NCBI GenBank assembly: GCA_000993565.1 | Contig: LBWK01000002.1 | Span: 4,121 to 68,120 of the forward strand | Direction of reading: 5' to 3' | Length of the DNA: 64,000 bases | Source: a candidate division WS6 bacterium GW2011_GWF2_39_15 | Lineage (GTDB): Bacteria > Patescibacteriota > Dojkabacteria > SC72 | Part shown: positions 59,864-64,000 of the stretch, in pieces | Layout: the number at the start of each line of letters is the position of its first letter | Numbering within the stretch: the first letter of the stretch is position 1 | Program-made: the position numbers and the translations under genes | The notes under the pieces: model-generated | What the model was told of the DNA's origin: nothing | The model's input: the letters and a program-made list of their open reading frames with translations, nothing else | Databases searched by the model: none

Positions 59864-60397
59864 CTAAATAAACTTTATCTCTTGTGCAACCACTTGTCCC
59901 ACGGAGTCTATTGATGCATTTGAGAAAATAAATCCATTCCCTTCCTTAACTAAGTATATTCCTGATTCTGAAAGTTTATTCTGTGCCACATATACAATTC
60001 CTCCGTCCCTTAATTCTAATGTATTATTCTTTATAATTTTGCTTTCCACGGCAAATACATATGTCCCCAACTCATATATCCATTTGGGTGCTGTATAGAA
60101 GAAGGTTGCTTGTGTACTTTCAAAGGAGAGTGATTTAGGTATTGAAGTGAAAAGTGGAACTTCATAGTATTTATACTCGCTTGCATTGTTATCATTTTGT
60201 AACAGCTGTGATGAGGTTGTACTCAATGCCTCTGAAATCTCATTGATACGGGAAAATGGAGAACTCTTTCCTCTCTCGTATCTTGAGACCATCTCCCAAG
60301 TTACACCTATTTTGTCTGCAAGCTCCTGCTGAGTCATCTCTTTTCTTTGCCTGTAATCCCGTATTTTCTGTCCGACTTCCTTGTATTTCATATACAA
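59864..60397 (-). CDS. XRE-family HTH transcriptional regulator with C-terminal beta-rich domain (possibly S24/LexA-like, non-canonical)
   Basis: 'EMTQQELADKIGVTWEMVSRYERGKSSP' HTH_XRE. The C-terminal ~100 aa resemble the peptidase-S24 fold but lack an obvious Ser-Lys dyad. Confidence 0.55.
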   Translation of the reverse strand: MYMKYKEVGQKIRDYRQRKEMTQQELADKIGVTWEMVSRYERGKSSPFSRINEISEALSTTSSQLLQNDNNASEYKYYEVPLFTSIPKSLSFESTQATFFYTAPKWIYELGTYVFAVESKIIKNNTLELRDGGIVYVAQNKLSESGIYLVKEGNGFIFSNASIDSVGQVVAQEIKFI

Positions 60398-60456
60398 GAA
60401 ATGGTAGTAGATACCGGATTGGTATTATATAGAATCTAATTTCTTATTTAACATCA

Positions 60457-60609
60457 ATGAAGGATGATTTAGTTAAACTCCTTGGGCTTATTGAGGAGCT
60501 GTTTTTCACTGTACCGAAGAGGGATAAAAACGAGATGAAGAAAAAAGTTGCTGAGATTGATAATGTTTGGGAAAAGATTAAAAAGAAAATATTAAAAATC
60601 TACGCCTAA
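60457..60609 (+). CDS. Possible 50-aa small protein divergent from the XRE regulator
   Basis: MKDDLVKLLGLIEELFFTVPKRDKNEMKKKVAEIDNVWEKIKKKILKIYA; not in the supplied ORF track (below its length cutoff). Confidence 0.2.
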   Translation: MKDDLVKLLGLIEELFFTVPKRDKNEMKKKVAEIDNVWEKIKKKILKIYA

Positions 60610-61030
60610 GTCTTCTTCTCTGTGAAAGTCTCGGAGTCACGATAATACTCCAGTTTTCTTTAAGCCACTGTTTTGAAAGAGTTAGCTCTTTTTCCAAACC
60701 TCTTTTTGTGAGATCTTTTTCCACTATGTTACCTCTATGTGGATCACTGTAGAGCTTAGGAAGTGGTGAGTTAAAACCGTGAGAATAGTGAACGATCTCG
60801 TGTGCAATGGTTGATATTAAAACGTGTTCAGGAATTTCGGGGCTCATAAAGAATCTCGTAAGAACAATCTTCGATTCACTGTCATCTCCTCTTTTGGATT
60901 TAATTGCTCCAAGCTGCCTGTATGAATGTTTGCCGAATCTGATACTTACTTTGTTCACCCTGGGAACATCTGCAAAGTACCTATTCCATATAGCTTCAAG
61001 AAGAACTATTAAATACTGATTATCTCTCAT
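60578..61030 (-). CDS. SprT-like/WLM-type zinc metallopeptidase-domain protein
   Basis: 'STIAHEIVHYSHGF' HExxH motif in a ~150-aa protein with SprT-like N-terminal layout. Confidence 0.45.
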   Translation of the reverse strand: MRDNQYLIVLLEAIWNRYFADVPRVNKVSIRFGKHSYRQLGAIKSKRGDDSESKIVLTRFFMSPEIPEHVLISTIAHEIVHYSHGFNSPLPKLYSDPHRGNIVEKDLTKRGLEKELTLSKQWLKENWSIIVTPRLSQRRRLRRRFLIFSF

Positions 61031-61053
61031 GGGCTATATTATATACGAAACTA

Positions 61054-61566
61054 TTAGGAATAAACGAAAGATTGTGACATTTGCATTCGGGAAGCCATTT
61101 GTTGGGATCTTTCTATGTATGCTTGGGCGAGTCCTTGTCTGCCTCTGTGACTAGCAGTTGCCCAATCTTGAAAGAACTCAAAAGGTGGCTTCAGGTCGTA
61201 TCCGTTTGCGGCTATCCAATGTATATTCCTGAACGTGAATGATTCGTAAAGCCCCTTTACACCGGGATTCTTTCTTTGGATCTCTTCTACAACATGACAT
61301 CCCACACATAAACATCTGCCATTTTTTATATTAGTATCCGGTTCTGACTTATGTTTTGCCGGGTAGTGAGCCATATTAACCGTGTATCCTTCATCAAAAG
61401 AAAGTGGGTGCCCGACCATGTACTCACCTATGCAATGATCCGCCTGGCATACACCGTGATCTCTTTTATACATCTCCCTAGCAACATCTCGTGTAAAGGC
61501 TAAGCCTGCGGCAATTGCTGCCGTGCTAGTCATCACTGCCATTAGTGTCTGGTTGAGTTCAAACAT
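61054..61566 (-). CDS. HNH (His-Me finger) endonuclease-like protein
   Basis: 'CQADHC...NMAHYPAKH...CLCVGCH' matches the Cys-pair + D/H-N-H arrangement. Local GC ~45% versus ~38-40% elsewhere. Confidence 0.4.
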   Translation of the reverse strand: MFELNQTLMAVMTSTAAIAAGLAFTRDVAREMYKRDHGVCQADHCIGEYMVGHPLSFDEGYTVNMAHYPAKHKSEPDTNIKNGRCLCVGCHVVEEIQRKNPGVKGLYESFTFRNIHWIAANGYDLKPPFEFFQDWATASHRGRQGLAQAYIERSQQMASRMQMSQSFVYS

Positions 61567-61987
61567 ATGTAAATTGTTAAAATTTATCCAGCAATAAATA
61601 ACAACATTACTGTTGCAGAAACAATTTTCAGGCCCGAATCTCTTAGAATTAAAAATAACATTTAAACGCTCCTTAGAAAATTATAGGCTGATAATGTCGC
61701 CGTAATAGTATAAGTTTGGTACTAGTTGAGATATACAAGTGAGTAGGATAAACATGCGGTCACTATAAGTAGAGAGATAGATAATTGGTCATATTGAGAT
61801 TGATAAAAATCGAGCTATGATTAGACATTCAGCATGATTGTTAGAGGCCTAATACCTTTAACTGTAGCGGAGATTGAATAGCCATGATAATATAGTAATG
61901 TAACTGTTTCTCCACGAAGTATATAAAATCCCACGATAAGTTAACTATTGCTTTTTTCCCTCTCGAAGATGCTATTATATCTGATAT

Positions 61988-63733
61988 ATGCAAATAACAA
62001 AGAAGGTAAAGCTGGGTGTACTTTTTAAAATTCTTAAACTTGTATACGGACTATTTCCTTTACAGGCAATAACCAGGGACTTTGTTTTTATAATAGTAAT
62101 TGCCTTGGAAATGTACGGTATCAAGGTGGGAGGACAGTTTATCGATGCTACAGCAAGGTTGTTAATTGACCATTTCGAGTTTACTTTCGCTTCCTATTTT
62201 ATTACCGATTCTTTCTTCTATCTTACATTAGGGCTAGGTATATGGATGTTAATATCGGCCTTAAATAGTCTAAGGAACTTCCTTTACGAATCTATCTTTA
62301 AAAAGGTGCAGTTTCATATGCAGAGTGCACTGCTGGAGGGTATTGCCAGAGCAAACCTTGAAGATGTTGAAAGAAAGGAGTTTCGAGACCTCTTGGAGTT
62401 TGTACCTAAGTTTTCTTATGAGAACATTCTTGCTACTTACCAGGGCTTTTCCGATGGTATTAAGTGGTTTATACGAGGTGTTGCGGCCATGTTTATTCTT
62501 TTCAGCTCACTTGGATTGCCTGCATTACTCCTTATAGTCTTTGTACTTCCTGAGAATCTTGCAGGACATTTGAATAGGAAGAAACGACATGACTACAATA
62601 ATTCCGAAGTAGAGAGGATGAAGAAGGTCAGTTATTTTGATAACCTGATTACCAGGCTCCCATTCTTTCCTGAGTTACGCGTAGACAACTCGGTGAGATA
62701 TCTTAAAGAGAGATACGAAAAAGACGGAGGGGCAGTTATGAATGGGTTTATTGAACTTTTAAAACATTACTACATAGATACTACTCTTTTTAATATCATT
62801 GGAAGACTTCTGCTTACGGGGTTTATCATATTTATCTTGGTTATATCGCTCATCCTGAAATTCTCAATCGGTAGTTTTAAGGCTCTCTATGATTACACGG
62901 TCACGGCATATGAGAGCTTTTTGGAATTTGTGGGAACGATACTTCGTGTTTCTACGTATCTTGATTACGCAGAGAAATATTTTGAATATATTGAGTACAA
63001 AGGCTTTGGAGATGTTATACACGGCGAAGGACTATTAAACGCTGAGACACCGGATCTAGAGCTCAAAGACCTTAGCTATATATATCTGGACTCTGGAAGA
63101 AAAGCTTTAAATGATGTGAACCTTAAGGTTGAAGCAGGGAAACACGTTGCAATTATCGGAAGTGACGGGTCCGGGAAGTCTTCTCTTGTCAGGATACTGT
63201 GCGGCCTTTATAGAATTGTTGACGGGAATTACATGATAGGAGGAATCTCTATTAAGGATCTTGCCAGAGGCGAGCTGAAGAAGAAAGTGAGTGTAGTGTT
63301 TCAGGAATTTGTTAATTATAATCTGAGTTTGAAAGAGAATATAACTCTCACTTCAGATAGGAAGCGTATAAACAGAATGCTTTACGATAAAGCATTAAGT
63401 ATTTCGGGGGTTGATAAGATGATGGAGAAGGAAGGTATACTTGAGCACCAGGTTCTGGGCAAGTATTTCTCAGGCGGACGCGAGATCTCTCCGGGGTATT
63501 GGCAGAGACTTGCAATTGCCAGAGCAATCTATCGAGACCGTGATGTATATATCCTGGATGAGCCATTTCTTCATATTGATGAGGAATCCAGAGGCAAAAT
63601 CCTTCAGTCACTTCTTTCATATATAGGCAACCTGCATTCACTCATTTACATTACACAGGAAGAAGATTTTCTGGACCTGTTTGATGATGTCTATGACCTA
63701 AAAAACGGTAAACTTGTTAAGAGGAGTAAATAA
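61988..63733 (+). CDS. ABC transporter, fused permease/ATP-binding protein (exporter type)
   Basis: N-terminal TM region; C-terminal NBD with Walker A 'GSDGSGKSS', signature 'FSGGREISPGYWQRLAIARAI', Walker B 'VYILDEP'. Confidence 0.75.
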   Translation: MQITKKVKLGVLFKILKLVYGLFPLQAITRDFVFIIVIALEMYGIKVGGQFIDATARLLIDHFEFTFASYFITDSFFYLTLGLGIWMLISALNSLRNFLYESIFKKVQFHMQSALLEGIARANLEDVERKEFRDLLEFVPKFSYENILATYQGFSDGIKWFIRGVAAMFILFSSLGLPALLLIVFVLPENLAGHLNRKKRHDYNNSEVERMKKVSYFDNLITRLPFFPELRVDNSVRYLKERYEKDGGAVMNGFIELLKHYYIDTTLFNIIGRLLLTGFIIFILVISLILKFSIGSFKALYDYTVTAYESFLEFVGTILRVSTYLDYAEKYFEYIEYKGFGDVIHGEGLLNAETPDLELKDLSYIYLDSGRKALNDVNLKVEAGKHVAIIGSDGSGKSSLVRILCGLYRIVDGNYMIGGISIKDLARGELKKKVSVVFQEFVNYNLSLKENITLTSDRKRINRMLYDKALSISGVDKMMEKEGILEHQVLGKYFSGGREISPGYWQRLAIARAIYRDRDVYILDEPFLHIDEESRGKILQSLLSYIGNLHSLIYITQEEDFLDLFDDVYDLKNGKLVKRSK

Positions 63734-64000
63734 TGGAGATAGTATATTGGATAATAGTTGCTCTTGGCTATTCAATATCTGTTTATGCCATCGGGTATGC
63801 CTTTGTTGTTGGGTTATCCTTTTTTAACGATGTTCCTTATGTCCCCTTGGAAAGGAAGGCAATTAAGTTTGCGGTTGAATGTTTAGAACTGAGTAAAGGG
63901 GATCGTTTTATAGACATAGGATCGGGGGATGGCAGAGTGGTAAGATATGTTTCTGGTAAATATCCCAGACTTAAGTCCTGTACCGGAATTGATAATTCCA
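63733..64000 (+). CDS. Class I SAM-dependent methyltransferase, 3'-truncated at window edge
   Basis: N-terminal TM then 'FIDIGSGDGRVV' motif I; start overlaps preceding stop (TAATG). Confidence 0.45.
   Translation, partial: MEIVYWIIVALGYSISVYAIGYAFVVGLSFFNDVPYVPLERKAIKFAVECLELSKGDRFIDIGSGDGRVVRYVSGKYPRLKSCTGIDNS

Noticed and set aside
59864-60397. Confident LexA/cI-type S24 autopeptidase call
   Set aside because: The HTH is clear, but the canonical Ser (G-x-S-M) and Lys catalytic residues are not evident in the C-terminal domain, so only a fold-level resemblance is noted.

Overview
This 64-kb window is AT-rich (roughly 38-40% GC), densely coding, and reads as standard genetic code: the long conserved genes are intact with TAA/TAG/TGA stops. 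Content looks like core chromosome of a small-genome bacterium, possibly a Patescibacteria/CPR-like lineage. That lineage call rests on reduced gene versions (a 241-aa HrcA, a 770-aa ValS), rpoB-rpoC-rpsL-rpsG not followed by fusA/tuf, and many lineage-specific membrane proteins; it is not proven.

Recognisable genes: rpoB, rpoC, rpsL, rpsG, rplY, sigA, valS, metG, ksgA, dnaG, ftsK, a RodZ-like gene, murJ, rnj, dcd, comF-like, hrcA-grpE-dnaK, groES-groEL, and tRNA-Ser(GGA). There are also several envelope and glycan genes: Wzy_C-like ligases, a GT4 phosphosugar transferase, GT2 enzymes, and a PEGA-domain protein. I found no rRNA and no CRISPR array.

Most interesting observations:
- A tightly packed minus-strand operon, rnj / processive GT2 synthase (QxxRW) / actin-like FtsA-PilM ATPase / 674-aa bitopic protein.
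- A well-formed T-box antiterminator upstream of valS.
- Matching variant CIRCE-like operators (cTAGCA-N15-TGCTAa) just downstream of the -10 elements of both hrcA and groES.
- A GC-elevated, prophage-like island after groEL (XRE repressor, SprT-like protein, HNH nuclease), plus an ORF interrupted by a single in-frame TGA.
- A block of orphan proteins next to an atypical OmpR-type winged-helix regulator.
- Several frameshift or overlap oddities.

Everything here is inferred from the sequence by eye. No database searches were run.
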